A stretch of DNA of 64,000 nt from a bacterium (GCA_963675755.2 CAXXMD010000003.1:2528001-2592000), one strand, 5' to 3'. Counted from the first letter of the stretch, positions 8,885-19,392 are shown. The notes: generated by a model not told the origin, from the sequence alone. Program-made: numbers and translations.

Positions 8885-11101
8885 TTAATAATTTACAGAA
8901 AAACCAACCGTGGGAATGAATGGAAGCATGTTGGCATCATCCACAACCGCGGGATTTTGATTAGTATCAAACTGTCTGAACCAGACATTTTTATTGTTAT
9001 AGACATTGATCATCTGGATGAATATTTCACCTTGTTTACCCCAGAAAGAGGTGTCCCGAAAGAGACCAATATCAAGTCTGTGGTATGCAGGCAAGCGGTA
9101 AAAGTTTTTCTCACCTTCCAATACCGTATCGTATTCACGACCGTTTTGATCAACAACTGTATAACGGGCAGTTGCTTCTGTATAGGGTTGGCCGGAGCCG
9201 TATTTGAAAGCAAAGTTTAACCGCCATTTACGGGTCAGACGGTAATCCTGAATGGCTGTAAAGGTGTGGCGTCTGTCATAAGTAGGATAGTACTCTTTGC
9301 CAAAATTATATCCGTCAACTTGCTTTTTCGTCCAGCCCAGTGAATAGCCAAACCAGCCAGTGAATCCCCAGATGTTGTTGCGTAAATAGATGTCCATACC
9401 ATAGGCTTTGCCTTTGCCGCTCAAAAAGTTGTCGGCAGCTGACATGTTTTCAACGGATTCGTCCGCATCTCTAAATTCACGATATTCAGCAATGTTGTAA
9501 TATTTTTTATAATACCCTTCAACGTTGATAGAAAAGGTCTTGTCGTTATCATAAGAGTAACCCAAAATAAAATGATCAGCTTTGCCGGGCTCAAAAGTGT
9601 CATCAACCGGGAACCACATATCTGCAAAGCTCAAGCCTTCCATTTGTACCAGGTTTAAAAACTGGTGATATCTGCCAACGCTTAAAGTTACATCTGATTT
9701 ATCAGTCAGTATGCGCTTTAAAGAAACGCGGGGATCGAACCGTACATAATTGCCATCTGTGTATTGGTCCAACCGGAGCCCGGTTTGCAAAATTGTTAAT
9801 GGAGTGATTTTGAGATTGTCTTGAAAAAAGATGCTGTTATAATATCCTCCAAAGGAGTTACTATATTCAGTGTCTACCACATAATAGTCCAGATCAAAAT
9901 CTACATATTTAGTTTCAAATCCAAAATCCATCGAGTGACCTGAGGACGGAGTATAGGTAAGCATGCCTTTAAAAGCAAGGTCTGTCACTTCGTTAAAGTT
10001 GCCAAATTCAACCTGATCAAAAGTTATCTTGCTGTCACTGTCAAATCTGCTTCCCGCAAACACAAAGTGAGAAAACAGGTTGCTGCTGAACAGGTGGGTC
10101 CATTGAGATGAAAAAGTCCGGTTACCCCATTTTAAACCAATATCTGTACCACCGCTGCTCATATCAAGCACATCGTGACCAGAGTAAAAACTGAGGCTTG
10201 CCTGATTATTGTGATCAATATCCCAGTTGATCTTGCCATGTCCATCATAAAAATAGTAGGGGAGATCAAAATCTACCATTTTTTCAGCAAGCTCGAGATA
10301 AGTCCTACGTCCCGAAATCATCCATGAACCGTGTTTCCAGGGGCCTTCAAGGGTAGTGCTGGCACTCAAGAGGCTCAGGCTGGTTTTACCTTCAAATTCC
10401 TGCCTGTTACCTTCTTTATTCACTACATTCAGCACAGAAGACAGCCTGCCGCCATATTGTGCAGGATAACCGCCTTTTAACAGCTCCACCGATTTAATAG
10501 CGTCTGTGTTGAACGTGCTGAAAAAACCAAACATGTGATTGGGATTATATACATCGATGTGGTCAAGCAAGATCAGGTTTTGATCCGCGCTGCCGCCTCG
10601 AATATACAATCCTGCTGAAAAGTCAGACAATGTTGCAACACCCGGAAGCATCTGCAAAGAGCGGAACAGATCTGCTTCTGCAACGGACGGAATGGACTTT
10701 AATTGCGGAACCTTCATTGCAATTTGTCCCGGTTTGATATCCATTTCGCGCTGTTCACGGTCAGCTTCAACTACCACATCCTGCATTGTGATTGTTTCAG
10801 ATTCCAGATCGATATCCAGAGAAACATCATCATTGTTTTGTAAAGATTTTGTTACTATCAGAGTTTTGAAACCAATATAACGAAAACATATTTCATATGT
10901 ACCGGCAGGGATAGAAGTTAATACAAAATATCCCTTCATATTCGTAGTTGTGCCGATAGTGGTATCCTTGATCCAAACGTTGCCCATAATAATCGGTTCT
11001 TTGTTATCTTTTTCTCGTACAAAACCATGTATTGTGGCCGCGTTAACCGGTAACACCCCCGCGACGATACATATCAGGATTAACACTTTTTTCCAGTTCA
11101 T
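8885..11101 (-). CDS. TonB-dependent receptor with N-terminal CarboxypepD_reg-like domain
   Basis: LPGV, YIRGGSADQNL, KGGYPAQYGGRLSSV plug motifs; RLPAYHRLD; terminal aromatic residue. Confidence 0.92.
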   Translation of the reverse strand: MNWKKVLILICIVAGVLPVNAATIHGFVREKDNKEPIIMGNVWIKDTTIGTTTNMKGYFVLTSIPAGTYEICFRYIGFKTLIVTKSLQNNDDVSLDIDLESETITMQDVVVEADREQREMDIKPGQIAMKVPQLKSIPSVAEADLFRSLQMLPGVATLSDFSAGLYIRGGSADQNLILLDHIDVYNPNHMFGFFSTFNTDAIKSVELLKGGYPAQYGGRLSSVLNVVNKEGNRQEFEGKTSLSLLSASTTLEGPWKHGSWMISGRRTYLELAEKMVDFDLPYYFYDGHGKINWDIDHNNQASLSFYSGHDVLDMSSGGTDIGLKWGNRTFSSQWTHLFSSNLFSHFVFAGSRFDSDSKITFDQVEFGNFNEVTDLAFKGMLTYTPSSGHSMDFGFETKYVDFDLDYYVVDTEYSNSFGGYYNSIFFQDNLKITPLTILQTGLRLDQYTDGNYVRFDPRVSLKRILTDKSDVTLSVGRYHQFLNLVQMEGLSFADMWFPVDDTFEPGKADHFILGYSYDNDKTFSINVEGYYKKYYNIAEYREFRDADESVENMSAADNFLSGKGKAYGMDIYLRNNIWGFTGWFGYSLGWTKKQVDGYNFGKEYYPTYDRRHTFTAIQDYRLTRKWRLNFAFKYGSGQPYTEATARYTVVDQNGREYDTVLEGEKNFYRLPAYHRLDIGLFRDTSFWGKQGEIFIQMINVYNNKNVWFRQFDTNQNPAVVDDANMLPFIPTVGFSVNY

Positions 11102-11162
11102 CTGATTCCTTTCAAACAGTATTATTAATTTGGTTGTAATTTAATTGGAATTCGGTCGGTAA

Positions 11163-11187
11163 TACGGAAAGGATTCATATAGGTTTC
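11163..11187 (-). promoter_or_regulatory. ECF (SigW-like) promoter of the TBDR-lipoprotein operon
   Basis: Minus strand GAAAC-N16-CGTA ending ~60 nt upstream of the start. Confidence 0.55.
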
Positions 11188-11369
11188 GTTTTACCAGCAA
11201 AAAAAATGCATTTGTATGTTTAATTTGCGCTATTGTATTATGTTTCTTGAATTTCGGCATTTTGTTTTTTTCTGGTTTTTTAATGGTGAATAAATATTTA
11301 TGTTTTGTTACATTATAAATTGTATATTATGGTTTATAAATTTTATGTGAATATGGAGTTTTTAAACAG

Positions 11370-12617
11370 GTGCAGGAAATTCTTCAATTAGGTAAACAGG
11401 CACGACAAGCTGCTTTAAAATTGTCTACACTATCCGGTGAAACCCGTCAAAATGCCATTGCAGCAATGCCTCAAAAGTTGTTTTCTGTAAAAGACGAACT
11501 TTTAAAAGCCAATGCTGCAGATGTTAAGGAAGCCAGCGAAAACGGTTTAGCGGGTCCGTTGTTAAAGCGCCTTGAGATCAGTAATAAAGTTTTTGATTAT
11601 ATGATGAACCGACTCCTGGAGGTTGCGCAGTTGCCTGATCCACTGGACAGGGTGTTGGAAGGGCATACGCGTCCCAATGGTTTGCGCGTGGAAAAGATCA
11701 GTGTGCCATTGGGTGTAATCGGAATCATCTATGAATCCCGTCCCAATGTAACGCCTGATGCAGCATCTGTATGTTTAAAAGGCGGAAATGCCGTGATTTT
11801 ACGCGGTGGATCAGAATCTTTACGCACCAATATTGTATTGGCAGATGCCATGATATCTGCTCTTGCAGAGAATGGTGTACCTGAACATGCGGTACAAATT
11901 GTACGAGTACCGGGACATGAAGCTGTTAGCGAATTATTGAAACTTGATCAATATATTGACGTATTGATACCCCGGGGCGGAAAAGGTCTCATTAAACGAA
12001 TTGCAGAGGGTACACGCATACCTGTTATTAAACATTATGAAGGATTGTGTCATTTATATCTGGCAAGTGATGTTAAAGAAGATATGGCGGTTGCGCTGGC
12101 GGTGAATTCAAAATGTCAAAAAGTTGAAGTTTGTAACGCGCTTGAAACGTTGCTGGTAGACTCGGCATCCGCTGAACGTTTGCTGCCTGTACTGGACAAG
12201 GCGTTTAAAGAAAATGGTGTGGAATTGCGTGGATGTGAAAAGACCCGGGCGTTTTTACCAGAGATTAACGCTGCAACAGAGGATGATTGGTCAACCGAGT
12301 ATCTGGCACCTGTTTTATCTGTCAAAGTTGTAGATGGAATTGAACAAGCAATGGACCATATCAATTCCTATGGTTCCGGTCATACGGATGGTATTGTGAC
12401 CCAATCCCTTGAACTGTCAAAACAGTTTGTGAATGGAGTGGACTCGGGTTCAGTACTGGTAAACGCATCTACCCGGCTTTCCGGTGGCGGTGATTATGGT
12501 TTGGGTGCAGTTGTTGGTATTTCAACTGATAAGCTGCATGCACGCGGTCCGGTTGGACCCAATGATTTGACCTCCTATAAATGGGTGGCATATGGTAATG
12601 GACATTTGAGAAAATAA
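11370..12617 (+). CDS. proA: Gamma-glutamyl phosphate reductase (glutamate-5-semialdehyde dehydrogenase)
   Basis: VPLGVIGIIYESRPNV, GNAVILRGGSE, IPRGG, VCNALET, GISTDKLHARGPVG. Confidence 0.97.
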   Translation: MQEILQLGKQARQAALKLSTLSGETRQNAIAAMPQKLFSVKDELLKANAADVKEASENGLAGPLLKRLEISNKVFDYMMNRLLEVAQLPDPLDRVLEGHTRPNGLRVEKISVPLGVIGIIYESRPNVTPDAASVCLKGGNAVILRGGSESLRTNIVLADAMISALAENGVPEHAVQIVRVPGHEAVSELLKLDQYIDVLIPRGGKGLIKRIAEGTRIPVIKHYEGLCHLYLASDVKEDMAVALAVNSKCQKVEVCNALETLLVDSASAERLLPVLDKAFKENGVELRGCEKTRAFLPEINAATEDDWSTEYLAPVLSVKVVDGIEQAMDHINSYGSGHTDGIVTQSLELSKQFVNGVDSGSVLVNASTRLSGGGDYGLGAVVGISTDKLHARGPVGPNDLTSYKWVAYGNGHLRK

Positions 12618-12633
12618 AAAAAGAGATAGATTG

Positions 12634-13287
12634 ATGAAAAAACAGTATACGCATATTTTGTGGGATTGGAACGGAACTTTGTTGAATGATATGGACCATT
12701 GTGTAGTCTCTATTAACAAAGTGTTACGAAAACATAATAAACCTGAAATTGATATGGAAACCTATTACCGGGAATTTGATTTTCCTGTTCGTGATTATTA
12801 TGAAAGAATAGGATTTAATTTTCAAGAGATCCCCTTTGAAGTCGTAGGTACAGAGTTTATAGAAGAATATTATGAAACCTGGACAGAGTGCAAAATGACC
12901 CAGGATGCTATAGATGTACTCAGGGCAGTTAAAGAGGCAGGTATTTCACAGTCCATTTTATCTGCAGCCGGCACAGACAAGCTGGAAATGTGTACCGAGT
13001 ATTTTAATATTCAGGATTATTTTACAGAATTAACAGGCCTGGATCATCATTACGCGCATGGCAAAGTTGATATTGCGCTAGAATATATGAAGCGAACCGG
13101 TATCCCTCCGGAAAAGATTTTGTTTGTGGGTGATACGACCCATGATTATGAGGTTGCAAAGACTATTGGTGTTGATTGTGTCTTGTACCAAAACGGACAC
13201 CATCCGCTAGACAAGCTGGAAGCGTGTGATGCGCCAACCATCAACTCTTTAAATCAGGTTCTGGATCTGATCAATCATTATTCATAA
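12634..13287 (+). CDS. HAD-superfamily hydrolase (phosphoglycolate phosphatase-like)
   Basis: WDWNGTL motif I, ILSA, GK, VGDT..D. Confidence 0.9.
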   Translation: MKKQYTHILWDWNGTLLNDMDHCVVSINKVLRKHNKPEIDMETYYREFDFPVRDYYERIGFNFQEIPFEVVGTEFIEEYYETWTECKMTQDAIDVLRAVKEAGISQSILSAAGTDKLEMCTEYFNIQDYFTELTGLDHHYAHGKVDIALEYMKRTGIPPEKILFVGDTTHDYEVAKTIGVDCVLYQNGHHPLDKLEACDAPTINSLNQVLDLINHYS

Positions 13288-14530
13288 AGTTGACTTCTTC
13301 CGGAAGGGCGTAATTGAGTTTAAAACTCGATATCAGTTCAGATACATTGAGCGTTGTATTGTTTTTAATACCAGCTGAGAAATTGAGCCATATACTGCTT
13401 TTGATATTGAGCTCTGCTCCCAGATTGAGCATAATTGTATTTTCTTCCAGTTTTTCATAGCTATACAGCCCTTCTGCAAATCCTTTCAAGCCGTTTGTCC
13501 CCAAATAGAACCTTGAAATGGCTGTAATATTTTCTTCACGCGCACCCAATCCACCCGGCTTGAATGACGCCGCATTAAAACCCAGTAATAATTGCGACGA
13601 ACTGCCAACAGGCAAACCCAGTGTTGCCCATATATTGACATTGTTTAATTGAACATTTTTTGCAAGAGAATCCGGTTTTTGTGCACCCAGTGCAAATGCC
13701 AGATCGAATTTAGTCTTGTTCCAGTTGGCTGCTTTAAACTCTGATTTTAGGCGTTCTATCTCTTTGTCCGGATCTATGCCTTTTTGTTCAACAAGTGAAA
13801 ACCGAAGATTGATTATATAATCAATCAAAGTTTTGATCTCTTTTACATTCGCGTTGTAATCCTCAGGTTTTACAGCCAGTCCTGTTAATAGATTGTTTCT
13901 TAGATCGTTTTTAATCTCTTTAACTGAATTCAATTCCGGTGCAGCCTTGTAAAGAATCCACTGGTTAAATATTTCCGATTTTTCATAGACATCAAATCCA
14001 TAATAGGGCTTGAATGATTTGTTGAATTCGTTTACCAGGTCACCATGAATATCAACAGACTGTTTGAGTATTCCCGCGGCTTTGCGTTGAAAAGACAGAT
14101 CTTGTAAAAGGTCGCCTTTATCTAAAAGGGTCATCCTTGCACCAAAAGCAAGTTTCGAAAGATTGGTGGAATCGGTTTGTGCTGCTGTTGATATTTTAAG
14201 ACTGTACCAGAGGCGGTTTTTTTTATAATCCTGAATACCGGTTCGGTCAGATTTGAACAATAAAAAGGGTGAAATTTCCACAGCAATGGTTTTGGGAATG
14301 CCCAGTTGAGAACCATTATAAAAATCTGAAAATGACATGTTGAAATCTTTGAGTGTTGAAGGACGCAATATATTACCGGGACTTTTATCCATTGCATTAA
14401 ACGCAGGGATGTCAGGTATGGCAAAGTTGAGTTCATGTTGTAGTAAGGCTGTGTGATAAGGGGCTTGAGCGTATAGAATAAATGGATTAATTATCATTAA
14501 AGCAAAAAGTAATAGCAGTCTTTTTTTCAT
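13271..14530 (-). CDS. Hypothetical exported protein, probable outer-membrane beta-barrel
   Basis: Signal peptide; alternating-residue beta strands in C-terminal half with a helical insertion. Confidence 0.65.
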   Translation of the reverse strand: MKKRLLLLFALMIINPFILYAQAPYHTALLQHELNFAIPDIPAFNAMDKSPGNILRPSTLKDFNMSFSDFYNGSQLGIPKTIAVEISPFLLFKSDRTGIQDYKKNRLWYSLKISTAAQTDSTNLSKLAFGARMTLLDKGDLLQDLSFQRKAAGILKQSVDIHGDLVNEFNKSFKPYYGFDVYEKSEIFNQWILYKAAPELNSVKEIKNDLRNNLLTGLAVKPEDYNANVKEIKTLIDYIINLRFSLVEQKGIDPDKEIERLKSEFKAANWNKTKFDLAFALGAQKPDSLAKNVQLNNVNIWATLGLPVGSSSQLLLGFNAASFKPGGLGAREENITAISRFYLGTNGLKGFAEGLYSYEKLEENTIMLNLGAELNIKSSIWLNFSAGIKNNTTLNVSELISSFKLNYALPEEVNFMNND

Positions 14531-14534
14531 TGAA

Positions 14535-14930
14535 TCAACCTATGGTTTGAGACAAAAGAATGTTTTTAAGTATGGTTTGGGTTGCTCCGGTCAGGTTGCC
14601 GCTTTCCGCATAGAGCCCCCCAATAGATTCACCGTTTTGCTTAAATGTTACATATATATTATAGGGTTTAAAGTTTTCGACATCCAATCCTTTAAAGTTA
14701 CTGAGGAATTGTAAACGATATTTTTCGTTATTTAAATCATTAACAGGCAGGGTGATAGTCTCAATAATTGAACTGTCAGTAGAGGTTTCGATATTATCTT
14801 TAGTAACGGTTAGTATCTCTGTATCATTCAAATCATAAACTGACAGTTTGTAAGCTGCTATCATAACGCCTTCAAAAACCGGTTGTATATTTATATCGCC
14901 ATTTGCTTTTTGAAACTCTATTGATTGCAT
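14535..14930 (-). CDS. Hypothetical beta-rich protein
   Basis: 131-aa ORF with SD AAGGA, ends 4 nt before the next gene. Confidence 0.65.
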   Translation of the reverse strand: MQSIEFQKANGDINIQPVFEGVMIAAYKLSVYDLNDTEILTVTKDNIETSTDSSIIETITLPVNDLNNEKYRLQFLSNFKGLDVENFKPYNIYVTFKQNGESIGGLYAESGNLTGATQTILKNILLSQTIG

Positions 14931-15226
14931 TGTCGTCCTTTCTTGTTATTATTACACTGAAATTACAAAAAATAATATTTCAAAACAACGAATCCGTTGA
15001 ATTAATGGAATGAGAATCCATTGTAAACTGTTAAAATGATTCATAGAATACGTAAAAATGGTTTGTTTTTGTTAAGAAAAATTTGTAAATTAATTACTTT
15101 GTAACATCTTGAGTAAGTACCAGCCTGTAAATACCCTTCCGGTCAGATTAACCCGATTTACATGTTTCTCAGATGTCTTGACAGCAATTGCGGGTTTATG
15201 CATAAAAACGATTTGAGTAAAAAAGA

Positions 15227-16822
15227 ATGAATTTGTTTGAAAATCTGGGCTTGTCCCGGAAAACATTGAGAGCTATTGAAGAAAAAGGATTTACCGAACC
15301 TACCCCTATTCAGGCAGCAGTAATTCCATTATTGTTGCAGAATAAAAAAGATGTTGTAGGCCAGGCACAAACCGGAACTGGAAAGACTGCTGCATTTGGT
15401 CTTCCAATGATCGAAACTCTCGACACGGGCAAGCACACAAGTGCCCTGATATTGACCCCTACCAGAGAATTAGCAATTCAAGTTGCCGATGAGATTAATT
15501 CTTTGCAGGGAAATAAAGGATTGCGTATTGAACCTATTTATGGTGGACAATCCATTGATACACAATTGAAAAAGCTGAAAAAGGGAGTAGACATTGTTGT
15601 GGGAACTCCGGGCCGTGTTCGTGATCATTTAAAGAGAAAACGGTTAAAGCTCGATCGATTGTCTTATCTTATTCTTGATGAAGCAGATGAAATGTTGAAC
15701 ATGGGATTTGTTGAAGAGATTGAAGAGATTTTAGAATATGTGAATCCTGATCGACGTACGTTATTGTTTTCTGCCACCATGCCAAAACCGATATTGAATA
15801 TCGCGCAAAATTACATGGACGAATATGAACTGGTTAAGGTTACTCCGCAGCAGGTTTCTACCGAACTGGTTGAACAGGTGTACTATCAGGTCAATGAAGG
15901 CGATAAACTTGAAGCACTTTGCCGTGTAATGGATATGGATAAAGATTTTTACGGATTGGTATTCTGTCGTACCAAAGTGGATGCAGACAAGGTATCGCGT
16001 AAATTAATTGACAAGGGTTATAATGCTGACGCATTACACGGAGATATAACCCAACAACAGCGTGAAAAAGTGTTAAACAGTTTTAAAAGACGCACCGTAA
16101 ATGTGTTGGTTGCTACAGATGTAGCGGCTCGCGGTATTGATGTGCAGGATTTAACGCACGTTGTGAATTATACAATTCCACATGATCCTGAAGCTTATGT
16201 ACATCGTATTGGACGTACCGGACGTGCAGGAAAGATGGGTACTGCTGTTACCTTTGTTACTCCTGCCGATTATAAGCATATGAAACGAATTGAACGTTTT
16301 GCCAATGCTAAAATACAACATGGCAAACCACCCAAAGTTCGCGATATTATCAGAGCTCGTAAAGCCCGCATTAAAAATGATGTGCTGGCATATTCTGGTA
16401 GTGAAATCGATGAAATTTATTTGAAAATGGCTCATGATCTATTGGCAGAAAATGATCCTGAACAGATGCTTGCAGCCATGTTGAAATATGCTTTTCGTGA
16501 TAAGCTGGATCGTGACAATTACAAAGAAATTTCAGCTCCCCAACCCTTTGTCGAAGAAGACAATAGTAGTGGCAAAGTAAGACTGTTTGTTGCACGTGGT
16601 AAAAAAGATGGTATGAACGATAAAAAACTAAAACAACTCGTGCGCAAAGGTGTAGATGTTGCTCCCCAAAAGATAAATAATATACGCGTGTTTGACGATT
16701 TTTCATTTATTACCGTACCTTCAAAAGATGCGGATAGGATCCTTAAAATACATGGTAAAGGTGATCGTAAACGCAAACCATTGGTTGAACGAGCCAAGGT
16801 ACCGGCAGGGGCAAAGCGATAA
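15227..16822 (+). CDS. deaD: DEAD-box RNA helicase with C-terminal DbpA-type RNA-binding domain
   Basis: Q motif, AQTGTGKT, PTRELA, DEAD, SAT, HRIGRTGR; C-terminal RLFV..G.KD..FSFI domain. Confidence 0.92.
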   Translation: MNLFENLGLSRKTLRAIEEKGFTEPTPIQAAVIPLLLQNKKDVVGQAQTGTGKTAAFGLPMIETLDTGKHTSALILTPTRELAIQVADEINSLQGNKGLRIEPIYGGQSIDTQLKKLKKGVDIVVGTPGRVRDHLKRKRLKLDRLSYLILDEADEMLNMGFVEEIEEILEYVNPDRRTLLFSATMPKPILNIAQNYMDEYELVKVTPQQVSTELVEQVYYQVNEGDKLEALCRVMDMDKDFYGLVFCRTKVDADKVSRKLIDKGYNADALHGDITQQQREKVLNSFKRRTVNVLVATDVAARGIDVQDLTHVVNYTIPHDPEAYVHRIGRTGRAGKMGTAVTFVTPADYKHMKRIERFANAKIQHGKPPKVRDIIRARKARIKNDVLAYSGSEIDEIYLKMAHDLLAENDPEQMLAAMLKYAFRDKLDRDNYKEISAPQPFVEEDNSSGKVRLFVARGKKDGMNDKKLKQLVRKGVDVAPQKINNIRVFDDFSFITVPSKDADRILKIHGKGDRKRKPLVERAKVPAGAKR

Positions 16823-16863
16823 TACATATGAAAAGATAATTGTTTTCTAGTATTATATATTAT

Positions 16864-16899
16864 AGGGTTCGGAAATCATAATTTCAGAACCCTTTTTTT
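16864..16899 (+). terminator. Rho-independent terminator
   Basis: AGGGTTC.GAAAT / ATTTC.GAACCCT plus T-run. Confidence 0.8.
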
Positions 16900-16902
16900 A
16901 TT

Positions 16903-19131
16903 TTATAACCTCCAGGCATAACCTATCTTGCAAAAAAATACCCTGTCAGTTTCATAAAGCGGGTCCATATTATCGCCAGTATAATTATCTGTATATCCCA
17001 GATATAATGCGGTTTGCGGATTGATTTTGTATGAAAACAGTAGTTGAGTAAAAAAAGATTTATCTATTGATTTTACGTCATCATCAATATAAAGAGATGA
17101 ATTCCTTTTATAATAACAGTATTGTAATATTGACCGGATGAACATGCGTTTACTGAATTGATATACAAGTTTTATATTACTGATATGCGCATTGTATAAT
17201 CTACCGGGTTGTACATCAAGATATTCGTATTTCTGTTCCCATTCTAAAGAAAAATGATTTCCCGGTTTTAAGACAAGGTTTGTATATAACAATAGTTTAC
17301 TGCCTGCACGCTCATTGCTGTAATCGATCTGGTCTCCATATTTGCACAAAAATTCAACTAGCAAGAGAGAAGAAGGGCGGACCATAGACCAGAATCTGAT
17401 AAAACTGGTAGGATACCGTTTGCCATTGTAATAATCAAAAGCATGCTCACCATAAATCGTTATATTTGTTTGGAATGGACCTTTATAAATGATCCTGCTG
17501 GTCCATGCACTGTGCAGAGGCAGGTACATCCAATCCCTTTTAATATCATGACTTGCATACCAGTTCAATACCGTAAACCAACTGCCGGGCCCTCGCTGCC
17601 ATTTCAGCATTCCACCCAACTCTTGATAACGTATTCCAACCTGGGTAATGAATCCCAAATCTGCTCTATACCCCGGAGCAAACTGTTGATACAATCCATA
17701 CAACATATAGTTGCGATTTTCATGATAATGACTTACCGATAACGCCGAGCCGTTTACATTGCCTGGATTTTGTTCAAATGCCTTTGAAATCGAATCCGGG
17801 TATTGGGTTGAGGAATTCAATATTTGAAAACGAAACTGATCTTGAGGTGTAAAACGCAATAATCCATCTATGCCACCCAAACGGTTGGAATAGTTATCAC
17901 CCTCTCTATCTGTCAGAATGATCCCAATATTTGAGGCGTTATAATCATATTTGTAGCGCAAGGCGGTACTGGTATTCTCTTTAAAGAGGGTACCGCTTTG
18001 GGATGATTGTTTTCCCGGAATGATTAGATTTGTAATATTGTCTCGCAGACTGAAAAATCCCACAGTATGTGGCCCTTCTTTACCCGTGAGTTTTATACCA
18101 AAATCGGGATCGGCAATCGCCCGGGTGTATACCGCGCTGGTATAGGTTTTAAAATAGTCTCCACTCTCTAAAAAGAAAGGGCGCTTTTCAGCATAGTTTA
18201 TGGCGTATTGACGGTTAATATCCAGGTGTTTATTATCCGCTTCAACCTGTGAAAAATCAGGATTCAGTGCGCCGTTCAAGGCAATATTCGGAGTCAAGCC
18301 AAGACGGGCGGAAACTCCTGCATCAACATCCTGCTGATCTGTGATCATGGGTGAACCATACCCGTCCTCTCTTGTTGTGCTGTGAATAGAAGATAAAGTG
18401 GGAGCAATCTCTAAATCACGACCTGGTTTAACGTTTTGAAAGCCTTTTAATTTTAAAGCCTGACATAAATAGCAATTGTTACTGCGGTCTCTGGGAAATG
18501 CACCAAAATAATGTCTCACGTTGCGGGGATAATTGCGTACGATATCGAATCCCCATACTTGTTCTTTCGTGTTTTGTTGAAATCCTAACGAGCTAAAGGG
18601 GATAGCCATTTCTACAATGTAACCGTCAGATGTTATCCTCCCATGTGAATCCCAAATACCTTCCCATGAAATAGTATTTCCGGTTGCGTCTTTTATCAAA
18701 TCTCCCTGAATGCCAAAGGGATTACAGTAAAAATTAGTGCTGCGCTGGTTATCATTAAAAGTATCAAATAAAACCATCACCCAATCGTCGCTGAAAATTT
18801 TATCCCGGTCACAGAAATGGGCCCTGATATCTTTTGGGGAAGGATCTTTGCAGATAAATCCTACATATACATAATCTTTGTCATACATTAATAGTGCCTG
18901 GGTTTGTATCGGTGCCGGAATGTTTTCACCTGGTTGCACTTCAATATCGGCATTGACTAAAAGAGCGTTTTTCCACTGTGGTTCATCAAGCTTTGCGTCA
19001 ATATGAATTCCTGATTTGACCTGGGGGATTTGCAAAGGATTTTCTGGATTTTCATGTGAAAGTGCGTTGACTGTAAAAAGTTGCAATAATATAAATAAAC
19101 TGATGATTTTGTAATATATGTTCATATACAT
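16903..19131 (-). CDS. CBM9-like + DUF5916 outer-membrane protein
   Basis: IDAKLDEP.W, EMAIPFSSL, LNPDFSQVEAD, EKRPFFLE motifs. Confidence 0.85.
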   Translation of the reverse strand: MYMNIYYKIISLFILLQLFTVNALSHENPENPLQIPQVKSGIHIDAKLDEPQWKNALLVNADIEVQPGENIPAPIQTQALLMYDKDYVYVGFICKDPSPKDIRAHFCDRDKIFSDDWVMVLFDTFNDNQRSTNFYCNPFGIQGDLIKDATGNTISWEGIWDSHGRITSDGYIVEMAIPFSSLGFQQNTKEQVWGFDIVRNYPRNVRHYFGAFPRDRSNNCYLCQALKLKGFQNVKPGRDLEIAPTLSSIHSTTREDGYGSPMITDQQDVDAGVSARLGLTPNIALNGALNPDFSQVEADNKHLDINRQYAINYAEKRPFFLESGDYFKTYTSAVYTRAIADPDFGIKLTGKEGPHTVGFFSLRDNITNLIIPGKQSSQSGTLFKENTSTALRYKYDYNASNIGIILTDREGDNYSNRLGGIDGLLRFTPQDQFRFQILNSSTQYPDSISKAFEQNPGNVNGSALSVSHYHENRNYMLYGLYQQFAPGYRADLGFITQVGIRYQELGGMLKWQRGPGSWFTVLNWYASHDIKRDWMYLPLHSAWTSRIIYKGPFQTNITIYGEHAFDYYNGKRYPTSFIRFWSMVRPSSLLLVEFLCKYGDQIDYSNERAGSKLLLYTNLVLKPGNHFSLEWEQKYEYLDVQPGRLYNAHISNIKLVYQFSKRMFIRSILQYCYYKRNSSLYIDDDVKSIDKSFFTQLLFSYKINPQTALYLGYTDNYTGDNMDPLYETDRVFFCKIGYAWRL

Positions 19132-19360
19132 AGTATAATACTCCATTTTTCATCTGACAATTAACGGATTTTGTCAATAGGGTTTGGATATACGTCTCTC
19201 ATGATGTGCTTGGGCATAAAATCACACCTGGTATTTAATCAAGATATTTTAGAGCCTGTTATAAATCGGGGATGTTTTTAATCTTGTATGGATGTACCTC
19301 TCTTGTGAACCCATTCGGATAATGGGAAAGGTTTCTATACGCTATTAATGTTTTTATTTA

Positions 19361-19392
19361 AAAAGGGCCGGTGTTTAAGAATCCGACCCTTT
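19361..19392 (-). terminator. Terminator-like hairpin after blaR
   Basis: AAAAGGGCCGG / CCGACCCTTT inverted repeat. Confidence 0.55.

Noticed and set aside
19162-19186. Possible ECF promoter (AAAC-N15-CGTT) upstream of the DUF5916 gene
   Set aside because: Spacing is one short and it overlaps a TTGACA; cannot discriminate
19249-19266. TTAGAGCCTGTTATAAAT resembling an IS5-like terminal repeat, with a partial reverse match near 6665
   Set aside because: No transposase, the two sites face outward 12.6 kb apart, and the match is short
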